59,277 nt of DNA, taken from a virus. Taxonomy: Duplodnaviria; Caudoviricetes. Position 1 is the stretch's first letter. Each line of letters starts with the position of its first letter. The position numbers were made by a program, and so were the translations under genes. The stretch lies in the IMG/VR virus record IMGVR_UViG_3300027969_000114, positions 1-59,277 of that record; one strand, given 5' to 3'. Under the pieces are notes generated by a model, which was given only the letters and a program-made list of their open reading frames with translations, was not told where the DNA came from and searched no databases. Shown in pieces: positions 26,716 through 36,337 of this stretch.

Positions 26716-29700
26716 TTATTTATTTTCTAAGATTTTAATTTTTGCTTCTAATTCTTGAACTGCTTTAATTAAAGGAACTACGATATTAGCATATCTTACG
26801 TTTTCAACTTGACCGCTTCCATCTTCATTTGCAAAATCTGCTAAGTATGAAGAAACTTCAGCCACTTCCTCAGCTATAAGTCCTAAGAATTTTTTATCTG
26901 AATATCTATAATAGTCTTTTTTGTAAGTAAATTCTTTAGGCTTTAGTGCTAAAATTGTATTTAATCCGCTAGCATTCCAATCTGTAATGTTGTCTTTAAA
27001 TCTAGCAGACGATACGGTAGAGCGTTGCATTGACCCATCGCTAAACACAACCACATTTGCGACTGAACTAGTTGTAAAATTGTAGACTCCGGGTGCATAA
27101 ATTGCCCCATCATTTCTTACACCAAATCTTGTGTTACCTAAATTATCTGCAGCAACAAAAGCATAATTTGAACTTCCTCCATCTTGACCGCAAACAATTA
27201 ATTTAATACTAGAGCTTCCTGTTGTATTTATGCCTACATTCCCCCCGCTAGTAATCCGCATACGTTCGGCTGAATTAACATCAAAACGAATAAAATTACT
27301 TGTTTCATTTACATAAATAATGTTATTTCTACTTCCGCTAGCAGACAATCCTAAACCTGTAGAACCACCTTGAATGTATAAATATCCATTCCCCGAATAA
27401 CTATAAATCGAGTTATTAGTAGTAGGAATAGATGCCGTAGTAGATAGTTGAATTATACCATCGCTAGTAATCCGCATACGTTCGGTAGCTGCAGTTTCAA
27501 AGACTAAATTATTATCTGCACCAATAGAAGCAGCTGAACCTCCTCGAATACCTAAATAACCCGTGTTATTTGCATTATCAGTCCAGCTAATTCCATTCCC
27601 TCCATTTGGACCTACTACTGATAATTTATAACCCGGCGCCGTCGTTCCTATGCCGACATTTCCACCTAAGCCATTTAAAATTAAAGAACGATATGCAACA
27701 CCATCTTGGAAAGATTGTAAGAATGCTAAGTTATTAGCACCATCTACCCCTATTGATAAAGTCTTTGATGTAGTTACTGAATCATTTACTCTTAATTGAC
27801 CATTATTTGTTGAAGCTGTTGTACTACCGAATACTTGTAATAATGCTACTGAACTTGTGCTAGATGTTCCGTTGATTAATACGTTTCCAGCGGAAGTAAT
27901 AACTTGTCTAAAAGCCCCTACTGTTCTATCATAAATGCCAAAAAATCCGTCATCTACTGCATTGACATCAATAATTAAATCAAATCTTTTATTACTATTT
28001 CTATTTGTTATTGCAATTGGTACAGCATTTGTAGAAGTTGCTTGTATTGTAATAGCTACCCCTGACAAAGCAGTGCTTTGACTTGCTATTTGACCACTAA
28101 ACGTAGCACTTGTACCGCTTAAAGCTCCCGAAAGTGTGCCTCCCGATAAAGGTAGGTAAGCAGATAAATTTGAAGTAAGGGCAATAGTACCGCTTGAGTT
28201 TGGCATCGTAAACTCATAAGCTGCATTACCGTGAATAAATTTAGTAGCCTTTGTATTTGTGCTATTAATAAATTCTACGTGGTTAGTATTTGCTTTAAAA
28301 TGAGAATAACCAGCTTGACTTGCGTATCCTACGGTTTCACTTACAAAAAGTAAATCGTGTTTAGAGCCAGCAAAAAAGTATTTTAATCCAGTAATTGTTT
28401 CAAGTCCAGTAAGATGAACAACCGCCGAATCTAAAGCGTAAGTAGAAGTATCTACAGAACCATCTGCTTTTAAGAATTGCGCAGAAGTACCGCTAGTCTT
28501 AATAAATGAAGTTGCGGTTATGCTATTTTCAAAAGTTGCACTTTTATCTGAATTTAAAGTTAAAGCTCCAACACCTCCGTTTACTTCAAAGTGTAAAGTT
28601 CCGCTTGGGTTATAATTTGCAAAAGTTAAACGTGAACCAGTATGATAAATAGCACCGCTTCCCGCAGTCATTCCAGTAACAAATAAAGCAGAAGCAGTAA
28701 TTGAACTAGATAAACTTACTGAAGTTCCGTTCAAAGCTCCAGTTAAAGTTCCGCCCGCTAAAGGCAAATAAGTAGAAGATGCTGCGCTTGTAGTTAAATA
28801 AGTGCTATTATCGTAGCTAATTGTAGTTCCACTTGCCTTTACAAAACCAGTACCATTTAATTGAGCTTGAGCGCCTAAGTTAGTTAATGCAGCTCCAGAA
28901 GTTGTTGCTCCAGTTCCACCTCTATTAATAGCTACTGCTACTCCATTCCAAGTAGCTGAAGTTATTGAGCCAGCATAATCAAAAGTATTAGTAGACCAAG
29001 AAACATTTGATGGAGCTTGAAAATGTCTATCCCAAGAACCAGCTGCTATTGAATTATCTGTTAATTCGACTTGAGCATATCCTCCAGATGGAATTGAAAC
29101 AATTAACGTGTTAGAATTATTATTAACAGTTATTGCTCCACTAGATTGATTATTATTAAATATATAAACTGCACCTTTAGGCAAAGTTGTCGCATCCGGT
29201 AGCTTAATTGTTTGACCTCCAGAGCCATTAACTAAATATGAAGGAACTGAAGCAACTGTTAAAACTATTTGAGTTCCAGAAGCAGTAACAGAACTAAATC
29301 CATCAAAAATATTATTAACAGTAAGATTATTACTACCTAAGTTTACGTTTGTTGTAGCACCCGTGTAAGGAACAAGTAAATTTAAAGCATTTTGTAAATC
29401 AACTTGAGAACTAAGAGTTCCAGTAATTGCTCCCCAAACTGCACTAGAATCTTTTATTTCAATGTAAGCCGAACCCGACCATCTATAAATAAGGTTAGTA
29501 GCTAAAACTACATAAATCTTACCTTGTTCTCCCGTTACGGGTAACGCTCCGAAAGTAGCAACCTCTATTATATCGTCTACAAAGCTAGGTAATTGACTAG
29601 AAGGTACTAAGCCTCCTACTAAATCAGCCTTTAAACCTAGTACCGTGTTTAAGTCGGTTTGGTTAGTTAGTGTACCTCCGATTTGCCCCCAATTAACTCC

Positions 29701-29874
29701 AAAGTTTCCTACTAAGGAATTGATATTTATCTCAACTACGCTAGGAGTTACGTTTAAAACTATGTCCTCTCTATTGTCTATAATATTGACATCTATTACC
29801 TCATCGCTTCCGCTAGAAGTAATCGTAATTAAATTAGTCGTTTCGGTAACTATGATGTCTATAATATCTTCCAT
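26716..29874 (-). CDS. Tail fibre/receptor-binding protein with C-terminal intramolecular chaperone (peptidase S74)
   Basis: Gly/Ser/Thr-rich; GNVGIGT and ERMRITS repeats; S.ARFKDNI, GLIAEEV, LIKAVQEL. As assembled it has the B-type N-terminus and A-type 3' end. Confidence 0.9.
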   Translation of the reverse strand: MEDIIDIIVTETTNLITITSSGSDEVIDVNIIDNREDIVLNVTPSVVEININSLVGNFGVNWGQIGGTLTNQTDLNTVLGLKADLVGGLVPSSQLPSFVDDIIEVATFGALPVTGEQGKIYVVLATNLIYRWSGSAYIEIKDSSAVWGAITGTLSSQVDLQNALNLLVPYTGATTNVNLGSNNLTVNNIFDGFSSVTASGTQIVLTVASVPSYLVNGSGGQTIKLPDATTLPKGAVYIFNNNQSSGAITVNNNSNTLIVSIPSGGYAQVELTDNSIAAGSWDRHFQAPSNVSWSTNTFDYAGSITSATWNGVAVAINRGGTGATTSGAALTNLGAQAQLNGTGFVKASGTTISYDNSTYLTTSAASSTYLPLAGGTLTGALNGTSVSLSSSITASALFVTGMTAGSGAIYHTGSRLTFANYNPSGTLHFEVNGGVGALTLNSDKSATFENSITATSFIKTSGTSAQFLKADGSVDTSTYALDSAVVHLTGLETITGLKYFFAGSKHDLLFVSETVGYASQAGYSHFKANTNHVEFINSTNTKATKFIHGNAAYEFTMPNSSGTIALTSNLSAYLPLSGGTLSGALSGTSATFSGQIASQSTALSGVAITIQATSTNAVPIAITNRNSNKRFDLIIDVNAVDDGFFGIYDRTVGAFRQVITSAGNVLINGTSSTSSVALLQVFGSTTASTNNGQLRVNDSVTTSKTLSIGVDGANNLAFLQSFQDGVAYRSLILNGLGGNVGIGTTAPGYKLSVVGPNGGNGISWTDNANNTGYLGIRGGSAASIGADNNLVFETAATERMRITSDGIIQLSTTASIPTTNNSIYSYSGNGYLYIQGGSTGLGLSASGSRNNIIYVNETSNFIRFDVNSAERMRITSGGNVGINTTGSSSIKLIVCGQDGGSSNYAFVAADNLGNTRFGVRNDGAIYAPGVYNFTTSSVANVVVFSDGSMQRSTVSSARFKDNITDWNASGLNTILALKPKEFTYKKDYYRYSDKKFLGLIAEEVAEVSSYLADFANEDGSGQVENVRYANIVVPLIKAVQELEAKIKILENK
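27246..27485. repeat. 24-bp direct repeat CGCTAGTAATCCGCATACGTTCGG, 216 bp apart
   Basis: Copies at 27246..27269 and 27462..27485; encodes ERMRITS. Confidence 0.9.
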
Positions 29875-29877
29875 TTC

Positions 29878-30216
29878 TTAGCGTGTTACTTCTGGTGTTA
29901 CATTAAATCCCCCTTTTACGTATGTCTTTACTTCGCCAGTAGACAAAGTAAATTGAATATCGTAAACGTAATTGTAAACCTCAATGTCAATTATTTGAGC
30001 GTTGATTTTGAATAAACCCGAAGCTGCGGTTGTAATTGTAATGCCAGCCGAGCTAACCGAAGTTAAAGAAAGAATAGCAGCAGTATCGCTATAATTCTTT
30101 CTAAGTTGCATTCTGATTGTAGCACCAGTTAAATTAATAGCCGTGCCATTCTTTTTAACCTCGAAAGCTACTTCGCTAAAAGTATCGCCTTTTGTATGCG
30201 TGAAATTAAGAGCCAT
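29878..30216 (-). CDS. Virion protein, BppU/Ig-like (B)
   Basis: Near-identical to 377..715. Confidence 0.6.
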   Translation of the reverse strand: MALNFTHTKGDTFSEVAFEVKKNGTAINLTGATIRMQLRKNYSDTAAILSLTSVSSAGITITTAASGLFKINAQIIDIEVYNYVYDIQFTLSTGEVKTYVKGGFNVTPEVTR

Positions 30217-30286
30217 TTTGTATTTTGTTAAGGTAAACCTTTAGTTTTGTAACGTTAGATTTCTTTGGTTTATAAATACCAGCCAC
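30206..30286 (-). CDS. 26-aa basic micro-ORF (B, GTG start)
   Basis: AGIYKPKKSNVTKLKVYLNKIQNGS; homolog of 705..785. Confidence 0.45.
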   Translation of the reverse strand: MAGIYKPKKSNVTKLKVYLNKIQNGS

Positions 30287-30770
30287 CGAAATCTGCTGTT
30301 TTGTCTGGGTACATATCTGCATTTGAGTTGTTATTATATTCTGGAAATGAAGACTGATTAAAACTCATATAATCGATAAACCTTCTAGTGTAGTGTTCGG
30401 CTATTGATCGCTCTTTTTCTACTAAAAAGTCGATTTCGTCCTTATCTACGTTTTGGCTATTTTCGCTGTTATGTTTATAAACACCTTTATTTGCAATAGT
30501 ATAAGCAGAGAAAGGCAAAAATTCCACCATAGCCCAATGGATTACCATAGGTTTAATATACACGTTTAATAAAGTTAGGTATGGATTAGCTAAATTACCT
30601 GCAACTAAAGCATTTGTGATTTTATCAAATAACTTAGTGCCTAAGTAGTTCTGAATATGAATATCCTGAGCTACCTTAATCCATTGCACAAATTTATCTG
30701 GATCAATGTTTCCATTAATTGCAGTAAATTTTACTAAATCATCTCTTGTAATTAATAAAGCCTGAGCCAT
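30270..30770 (-). CDS. Putative head-tail adaptor (B)
   Basis: Homolog of 769..1269. Confidence 0.55.
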   Translation of the reverse strand: MAQALLITRDDLVKFTAINGNIDPDKFVQWIKVAQDIHIQNYLGTKLFDKITNALVAGNLANPYLTLLNVYIKPMVIHWAMVEFLPFSAYTIANKGVYKHNSENSQNVDKDEIDFLVEKERSIAEHYTRRFIDYMSFNQSSFPEYNNNSNADMYPDKTADFGGWYL

Positions 30771-30777
30771 CGTCTAA

Positions 30778-32550
30778 TTATTTTGGTAAAAATCCCTGAT
30801 TCGGCATATCGATTGGCCTCGTATACACCAGTTTGCTATTCTTGCTTGCATCCTTACCTTCGCTTTTATTAAAAGGTGCAGGTAAAATTTCTCCTGCTTT
30901 TCTAGCCTCCGCAGGGGTTATTTGTTCTGATCCTTTTTTTCTTGGATCAGTAAATCTTTTGTATGTTTCTCTTGTCCAAAAGTGATGGCAAGCTCCACCG
31001 CCCTTGTAAAGAAATATGTCGTATGTGTTAGTTCCGCCAGGCCCCCATTTCGGGTTAGTTTTTGGATCTTTACTCATTCTAACTATGTCTTCTTTACGAT
31101 ATAGCTTATTAGCTTTAATCATTTTCTTGCAGAAATCTCTTGAATCCTCTGACAAAGCACCTGTGTATCTATATCTTGAAGCAAATAACTTGCCATCTTG
31201 ATCTGATTTAATATCAGGTCTTGCTACTCCTGTCGTTGCAAACTCCCAGATCTTAGATAATATGCTTTTTTTAGGATTATTAAGTGCCTCTAATTCTGCA
31301 TCTAACAGCTCTTCGTCTTCGTAAGATACTACTCGGCTGTCAATCAATTCCCATTCAGCAGGATCAAGATCTGAGCCAAATTCTTCGACATCTAAGCTAT
31401 CTATGTGACTAGACATTTTAACTCCTGTTTCCTCTTCCATATCGTCTTTACCTATAACTGGATTCTGATCAATAAATTCAAGAGGCTGTAAAGTCTTAAA
31501 GTATAGATTTAAAGAGATACCGTTAAATGCTAAGATTGCATCTAAAGCCTCAATAACTCTATGCTGTTTAGGACGAATAACCATATTATCAAATAAGGTT
31601 GTTGCATTAGCTAACTCATCTGCGTTTGAGCTAAATCCATTATTAGATGGAATACCAAATAGCAATCCAGATGTAATTGAGTGTCCAAGCAAAATCTTAC
31701 CACGAGATTCTTCGCTTAAATACTGATAATGAGCAGGTGCATCATTTAATGGAACTGAATCTAATGTAGTCTTGTTATTGATGTCGTTATTAAATGACAC
31801 TACTACTTTAGCTCCTTTTGAACCAGTTAATTTGTTCTGAACGTCTTTAGCTATTAGCTCTCTCTTTTCTTCGTCTGGAACGTTATTGTTAAAATTGACA
31901 ATAGTCGTTGGCGAAAATCCATTCTGGACATCGTTAATTAAAAAATCAGCGATCTCTTCTTCTAGCATAGCATACGGTAATGCACCGATATAATCTACGT
32001 TTGAATAGTATTTTTGACCTACACTATAATCACTTACGCAAAGCAATTCTAATGTCTTATCGCCATATCCAAAAGCACCAATTCTTTTAGGTACAAATTT
32101 CTTTGTGTCTTCCCAATTATCGCAATAGTAATAACCAGTTATTTCTCCTTTGTCATTACACTTTTCTGATCTTATTAACTGAGCAGGTATATGCTCTACA
32201 CGAACAATAGCATTTTTAGCCTTGTTATAAATTAATTGTAGATAGCCTTGACCTAATAACTTGTAATCAGTAATAACGCATTTTAGAACATCTGATCTAA
32301 AAAGCATTTTCATTTGAGCATACTCGTTTGGCTTTTTGTTTGAATCCGTAGCATCTAAACCACGACCAAAAATCAATTTTACAACCGAATTTATAATAGA
32401 ATTGTTAGTTGTAGAATTATTATAACGGTCAATTAGGTAAGTAAAATAGTCGTTATCGTCTCCAAACTCTACCCAGTTATCTCTTTTAGATTCCTTAGAT
32501 TGAGGTGGCTTATGTGATTCAAAATTAAATACGTGAACGTTATTACTCAT
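30778..32550 (-). CDS. Portal protein (B)
   Basis: Homolog of 1825..3564. Confidence 0.85.
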   Translation of the reverse strand: MSNNVHVFNFESHKPPQSKESKRDNWVEFGDDNDYFTYLIDRYNNSTTNNSIINSVVKLIFGRGLDATDSNKKPNEYAQMKMLFRSDVLKCVITDYKLLGQGYLQLIYNKAKNAIVRVEHIPAQLIRSEKCNDKGEITGYYYCDNWEDTKKFVPKRIGAFGYGDKTLELLCVSDYSVGQKYYSNVDYIGALPYAMLEEEIADFLINDVQNGFSPTTIVNFNNNVPDEEKRELIAKDVQNKLTGSKGAKVVVSFNNDINNKTTLDSVPLNDAPAHYQYLSEESRGKILLGHSITSGLLFGIPSNNGFSSNADELANATTLFDNMVIRPKQHRVIEALDAILAFNGISLNLYFKTLQPLEFIDQNPVIGKDDMEEETGVKMSSHIDSLDVEEFGSDLDPAEWELIDSRVVSYEDEELLDAELEALNNPKKSILSKIWEFATTGVARPDIKSDQDGKLFASRYRYTGALSEDSRDFCKKMIKANKLYRKEDIVRMSKDPKTNPKWGPGGTNTYDIFLYKGGGACHHFWTRETYKRFTDPRKKGSEQITPAEARKAGEILPAPFNKSEGKDASKNSKLVYTRPIDMPNQGFLPK

Positions 32551-32869
32551 AGAAAATTATGTTTTGTTGGTTTTCTACATATTCATCTTTATTAACAGAA
32601 TACGTTTCAATCGTTTGATTTGTGCAAAAAACTTTGTCACGGTAAACTAAATCGGTGCCATCTAGGATTGTCATCTCATAAAAATGACCTTCTTTTAAGG
32701 CTAATATTTTAGAAAAAGTAGAATAATAAGATATTGATGTGGCTGTAATAGAATAGGTTGTAGAAACTTTAGTAGATTCGTCTCTTAAAATTAAAGAAGT
32801 ACCACCATTTCTTCTAGTAGGTATAAATCTTACCGTTTGCGCAGTTCCTATTTGTTTTAAAACTATCAT
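32543..32869 (-). CDS. Small virion protein (B)
   Basis: Homolog of 3557..3883. Confidence 0.5.
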   Translation of the reverse strand: MIVLKQIGTAQTVRFIPTRRNGGTSLILRDESTKVSTTYSITATSISYYSTFSKILALKEGHFYEMTILDGTDLVYRDKVFCTNQTIETYSVNKDEYVENQQNIIFYE

Positions 32870-32873
32870 ATTA

Positions 32874-32899
32874 TATAAACGCTATTTATTTAGGTTTGT
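32874..32899 (-). promoter_or_regulatory. Phage late promoter (B)
   Basis: ACAA-N14-CGTTTATA, 4 nt from the ATG. Confidence 0.75.
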
Positions 32900-32958
32900 T
32901 TTTAAATGGAAAGAGAGGCAATCAAGCCCCCCTTTCAAAACCACAAACAAAAAAACAA

Positions 32959-33483
32959 TTATGAACCAGTTACGATTGTAAATCCTGCAGTCACTAATGA
33001 AGCAGTAATAAAGTTAGCTGGTAAAGGCTCTTGTCCTGATAAAGTTAATGTGTAACCAGATAGATCACCCATTGCCGCACCCGTTACAATAGTACCTCCC
33101 GTTACTTCCATACCGTTTTGTAAACCAGCGTAGAAAAAGTTACCATTCATATCTTCGATCACAACTTGTGGTCTTCCGTATGCTAGTAATTTAATCTGCT
33201 TGTGATCAACAACCGACAATTTCTTTAAAGTCAAACTTAAAGTTTGCTCAAAGAAAGTAGTTCCGTTTTCACGGCTAGATGTAATTGTCTGCTCAAAGCT
33301 AGAGTTTCCCTTTAATTCATATTTGAATCCAGTCGGAGTTCCAGCTACGGCAGTAATTGCATCAGTATTTGTTACATCATACGTGTAAGATGTAGCATCC
33401 TTCCAGTTAACAAAGTAAACGGCTCTTAAACCTCCGTTACTCGTTTTACAAGATTCGATGCGCCCCAATGAAATATCGCACAT
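32959..33483 (-). CDS. Putative major tail protein (B)
   Basis: Homolog of 3978..4505. Confidence 0.65.
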   Translation of the reverse strand: MCDISLGRIESCKTSNGGLRAVYFVNWKDATSYTYDVTNTDAITAVAGTPTGFKYELKGNSSFEQTITSSRENGTTFFEQTLSLTLKKLSVVDHKQIKLLAYGRPQVVIEDMNGNFFYAGLQNGMEVTGGTIVTGAAMGDLSGYTLTLSGQEPLPANFITASLVTAGFTIVTGS

Positions 33484-33505
33484 AGTTATTTATATTTAAA
33501 ATGTT

Positions 33506-33537
33506 AAAAATTAGCACCCCGAATTAACGAGGTGCTT
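33506..33537 (-). terminator. Terminator/attenuator after capsid gene (B)
   Basis: Same hairpin as in A. Confidence 0.7.
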
Positions 33538-33544
33538 AGTGCTA

Positions 33545-34498
33545 TTAATTTGCGGAATTTGTGATTCCGTATGTGACGATATCTTCAACAATACCATACT
33601 GAACTCCAGCCGTCATACGCATTACGATTCTAGCGTTCTGAGATCCGTCAATATCTGCCATGTCTATAACCTTAACCTCTGACAAATCAGATAATAAACC
33701 TGTTCCGAAATATAAGTTATCCTTAGTTGTAGCGATTGCTTTGTTAGAAGCTAAACCGTTTGCTACGAAGATTTTTACACCATCGAATGCTAAAGATCCA
33801 TTGTTATACCATTGTGTACCTTGTGCGTTTGTACCATTAGCTCCTAATCCTGATGCACCAAAACCACCTAAAGCACGAACATAAGCACGAGCCATATTCT
33901 GAGAAACGTAGATGTAAAGGTTATCGTTAGTGTACAAAGTAGCAGGGATAGCATCAACGATCTTGCCCATTTCAGCAATAACGTTCGCTGCAGTAACCGT
34001 TGTTCCAGCTACTTCTTGTGCCGCAGGTAATGCTGCATCTAAAGCTAACAAAGTAGAAAAACCATCAAATTCTCCTGCGTTTGCAGTCACACCAGACCAG
34101 ATATTTGTCTCGTTTTTAGCGGCAACTTTAGCGGCAACGTGTGCTACTAAGAAGTCAGCAAAAGTTTTTGGCAAAGTATCAAATGCAGAGAAACCTTGCT
34201 GTGCCGAAAGAAAGTCGCTGTGAAAATCTTTTTTGCAAAGGCTAAGATTTACTTGAAATTCCTCTGGTTGTAAAATACGCTCAGTTAAAGTTACCGTAGA
34301 AGTAGCATCAAAATCACAAGTAGCGTTCTTTAAGATCGCATCTGTAGAGATTTTTTTGATTACCTCTTTGTACTTTACGTTTGGTTTGATCTCGATACCA
34401 CCGTTGTCGATAGTAGGAGATGACAATAATGCTGCAGCAATGATTTTATCCTTAAATTCACCGCTGTAACTTGTGGTAATAGATGTTGTAGTCGCCAT
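33545..34498 (-). CDS. Major capsid protein (B)
   Basis: Homolog of 4569..5528. Confidence 0.85.
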   Translation of the reverse strand: MATTTSITTSYSGEFKDKIIAAALLSSPTIDNGGIEIKPNVKYKEVIKKISTDAILKNATCDFDATSTVTLTERILQPEEFQVNLSLCKKDFHSDFLSAQQGFSAFDTLPKTFADFLVAHVAAKVAAKNETNIWSGVTANAGEFDGFSTLLALDAALPAAQEVAGTTVTAANVIAEMGKIVDAIPATLYTNDNLYIYVSQNMARAYVRALGGFGASGLGANGTNAQGTQWYNNGSLAFDGVKIFVANGLASNKAIATTKDNLYFGTGLLSDLSEVKVIDMADIDGSQNARIVMRMTAGVQYGIVEDIVTYGITNSAN

Positions 34499-34515
34499 TT
34501 TTGTTAATTAATTAA

Positions 34516-35112
34516 TTATGAAAGTTTTGAAAATACTGTGTCAAGAATACCTTTCTGCTTGTTTTTTGCAAAACGGATTCCTTCGTTTTTGTTTTGAGAT
34601 TCTGGATTAAATGACAAAGGTTGTGCACCTTCCTCTTGCATAGACATTTCTACCTTCTTTGCCTCTTCAGCAACAGATAATTTTAATGCCTCTAATTCAG
34701 ATTTAATAGCTAAGTTTTCAGCTTTTAATTCTGCGATCTGAGATTCAAAGAAAGTCTCTTTGCTTACAGATTCCACAATGCGTTTTGCCTTTGGTATTTC
34801 CGTAGCTAAATCAGGAGCGACAACATCAGAAGGAGCGTCTTCGATCATTGGCATTTCTTCTTCTACTTCCTCAGCAGAGATAGATGCAATAATACCTTCA
34901 ACAGCAACAACTAAAATCATTCCGTCTTCTAGCTTGTACTCGCCTACTGGCATAGGTACAACACCATCTGCTGTTACAATTCCTACCGAAAACTCAGGCT
35001 CAAATGATTCTGCTTCAATAACGGTAATTCCGTCTTCTAACTTCATTTGTGCTAATTTGATTTCCATAGAAAGAACAGCCTTAATCTTGTTTAATTTGTT
35101 CTTGTATTCCAT
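34516..35112 (-). CDS. Capsid scaffolding protein (B)
   Basis: Start MEYKNK matches A. Confidence 0.7.
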   Translation of the reverse strand: MEYKNKLNKIKAVLSMEIKLAQMKLEDGITVIEAESFEPEFSVGIVTADGVVPMPVGEYKLEDGMILVVAVEGIIASISAEEVEEEMPMIEDAPSDVVAPDLATEIPKAKRIVESVSKETFFESQIAELKAENLAIKSELEALKLSVAEEAKKVEMSMQEEGAQPLSFNPESQNKNEGIRFAKNKQKGILDTVFSKLS

Positions 35113-35137
35113 ATATTTATTTAATTTATTTACTATA

Positions 35138-35545
35138 TTAATTTTGAACAATTCTACCTGCAATTACTTTTCCTAAACCAGCAAATTGATCTAATACATC
35201 AATGTCTTTTAACAATGTTTCATTTAATCTATATGAATCTGTTGTCTTAGGATCAAAACCAAAGTTTTTTGCATTTTCATTTAATGTAGCCATTATAGCT
35301 TTTGATCTTGTACGCAAGTTAGCTCCAGTAGCTGTATGTTGTTTAGACTCGCTAATAACAGCATTTAAACTATCTAATAATCCAAAAGCTTTGTTATCTG
35401 CTGATTCAGCCTTTTTAATTGTTGCAGTAGCTAATGTTGCTAAGGCTTTAACATCGTCATAAATTAAAAACTCGTATTTTTGAGATGCTAATTCTGTTTT
35501 ATCTTCTGAGAATAATTTTTGAAATACCTTTTTGTCTGTGTTCAT
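35138..35545 (-). CDS. Putative internal head protein (B)
   Basis: Shares only the N-terminal leader with 6164..6556. Confidence 0.5.
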   Translation of the reverse strand: MNTDKKVFQKLFSEDKTELASQKYEFLIYDDVKALATLATATIKKAESADNKAFGLLDSLNAVISESKQHTATGANLRTRSKAIMATLNENAKNFGFDPKTTDSYRLNETLLKDIDVLDQFAGLGKVIAGRIVQN

Positions 35546-35546
35546 T

Positions 35547-35729
35547 TTAGTTTTGCTTTACGATTACTCTGGTTTCACTTGTATTTACAATAACAGAAGT
35601 AACCTGACCTTCTAGCGATCCGATTCCCTGATTAATTTCTTCTCCTTTGCAACAATCTCTTGAATAAGATCCGTCTTCACAAAGGCAAGCTCTCTTGCTA
35701 TCACTTGGACTAGTTTTTTTATTTGCCAT
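35547..35729 (-). CDS. Small Cys-rich protein (B)
   Basis: Homolog of 6570..6752. Confidence 0.7.
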   Translation of the reverse strand: MANKKTSPSDSKRACLCEDGSYSRDCCKGEEINQGIGSLEGQVTSVIVNTSETRVIVKQN

Positions 35730-36297
35730 CTTCTAAAATATTTATGATTTGTTTTACTAATTCCTCGTCTTCTAAATCTTGTAATGACATCTCTAGTTTA
35801 TCCGCAAAATAACCTTCAATAGAAAAACCTTTGTAAAGCCCGCTTTTAACCTCTTGCCATACCTTGTCGTCTTCGATCTTCATTGAGATCATCCAAGTGC
35901 CTTTAGGTAAGCTAAATCCGTACTGCTTAGATTTGTCCATTTCTGGATTATCTACAATCCAAGATTCTACAACCGTTGCACCGTTAAATTTTGCCTTATG
36001 TTCGATCGTAGCATTAGACTGATTCCCGTTTTTAAGAAATAACTCGCTTGCCTTTTTAACCGTTGCCTCAGAAAAGAAAACGTAAAACTCATCTTCTTTG
36101 TGCTTGCGATAAATTTGCTTGTTAGGAACGAGTGCCGCACCCATAAGAATACGCTTCTCAGCATCTACTTCCGCAAAATGTATTTTAATATCTTTATTTA
36201 AGGCAATAAAATTCTCTTCGATTGCAGGAGCATTAACAAGGCTAACCGCATCAATGCCATCCAAATCCTTTTCGATAATTAATTCCACAATTCTCAT
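35719..36297 (-). CDS. Prohead protease, XkdF-like (B)
   Basis: Homolog of 6742..7320. Confidence 0.85.
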   Translation of the reverse strand: MRIVELIIEKDLDGIDAVSLVNAPAIEENFIALNKDIKIHFAEVDAEKRILMGAALVPNKQIYRKHKEDEFYVFFSEATVKKASELFLKNGNQSNATIEHKAKFNGATVVESWIVDNPEMDKSKQYGFSLPKGTWMISMKIEDDKVWQEVKSGLYKGFSIEGYFADKLEMSLQDLEDEELVKQIINILEDGK

Positions 36298-36301
36298 AAT
36301 C

Positions 36302-36327
36302 TATAAACGCTTTAATATTATTCTTGT
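36302..36327 (-). promoter_or_regulatory. Phage late promoter (B)
   Basis: ACAA-N14-CGTTTATA, 4 nt from the ATG. Confidence 0.75.
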
Positions 36328-36337
36328 TTTATTTTCG

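Larger units (their letters stand above)
1..29501 (-). mobile_element. Phage genome A (29,501 bp circular map), siphovirus-like, probable Bacteroidota host
   Basis: Full set of packaging, head, tail, lysis and replication genes. 1..127 is repeated at 29502..29628, which closes the circle. Confidence 0.85.

Noticed and set aside
26716-29874. Diversity-generating retroelement or invertase-based fibre switching
   Set aside because: No reverse transcriptase, TR/VR pair with adenine-specific differences, invertase or inverted cassette was seen.
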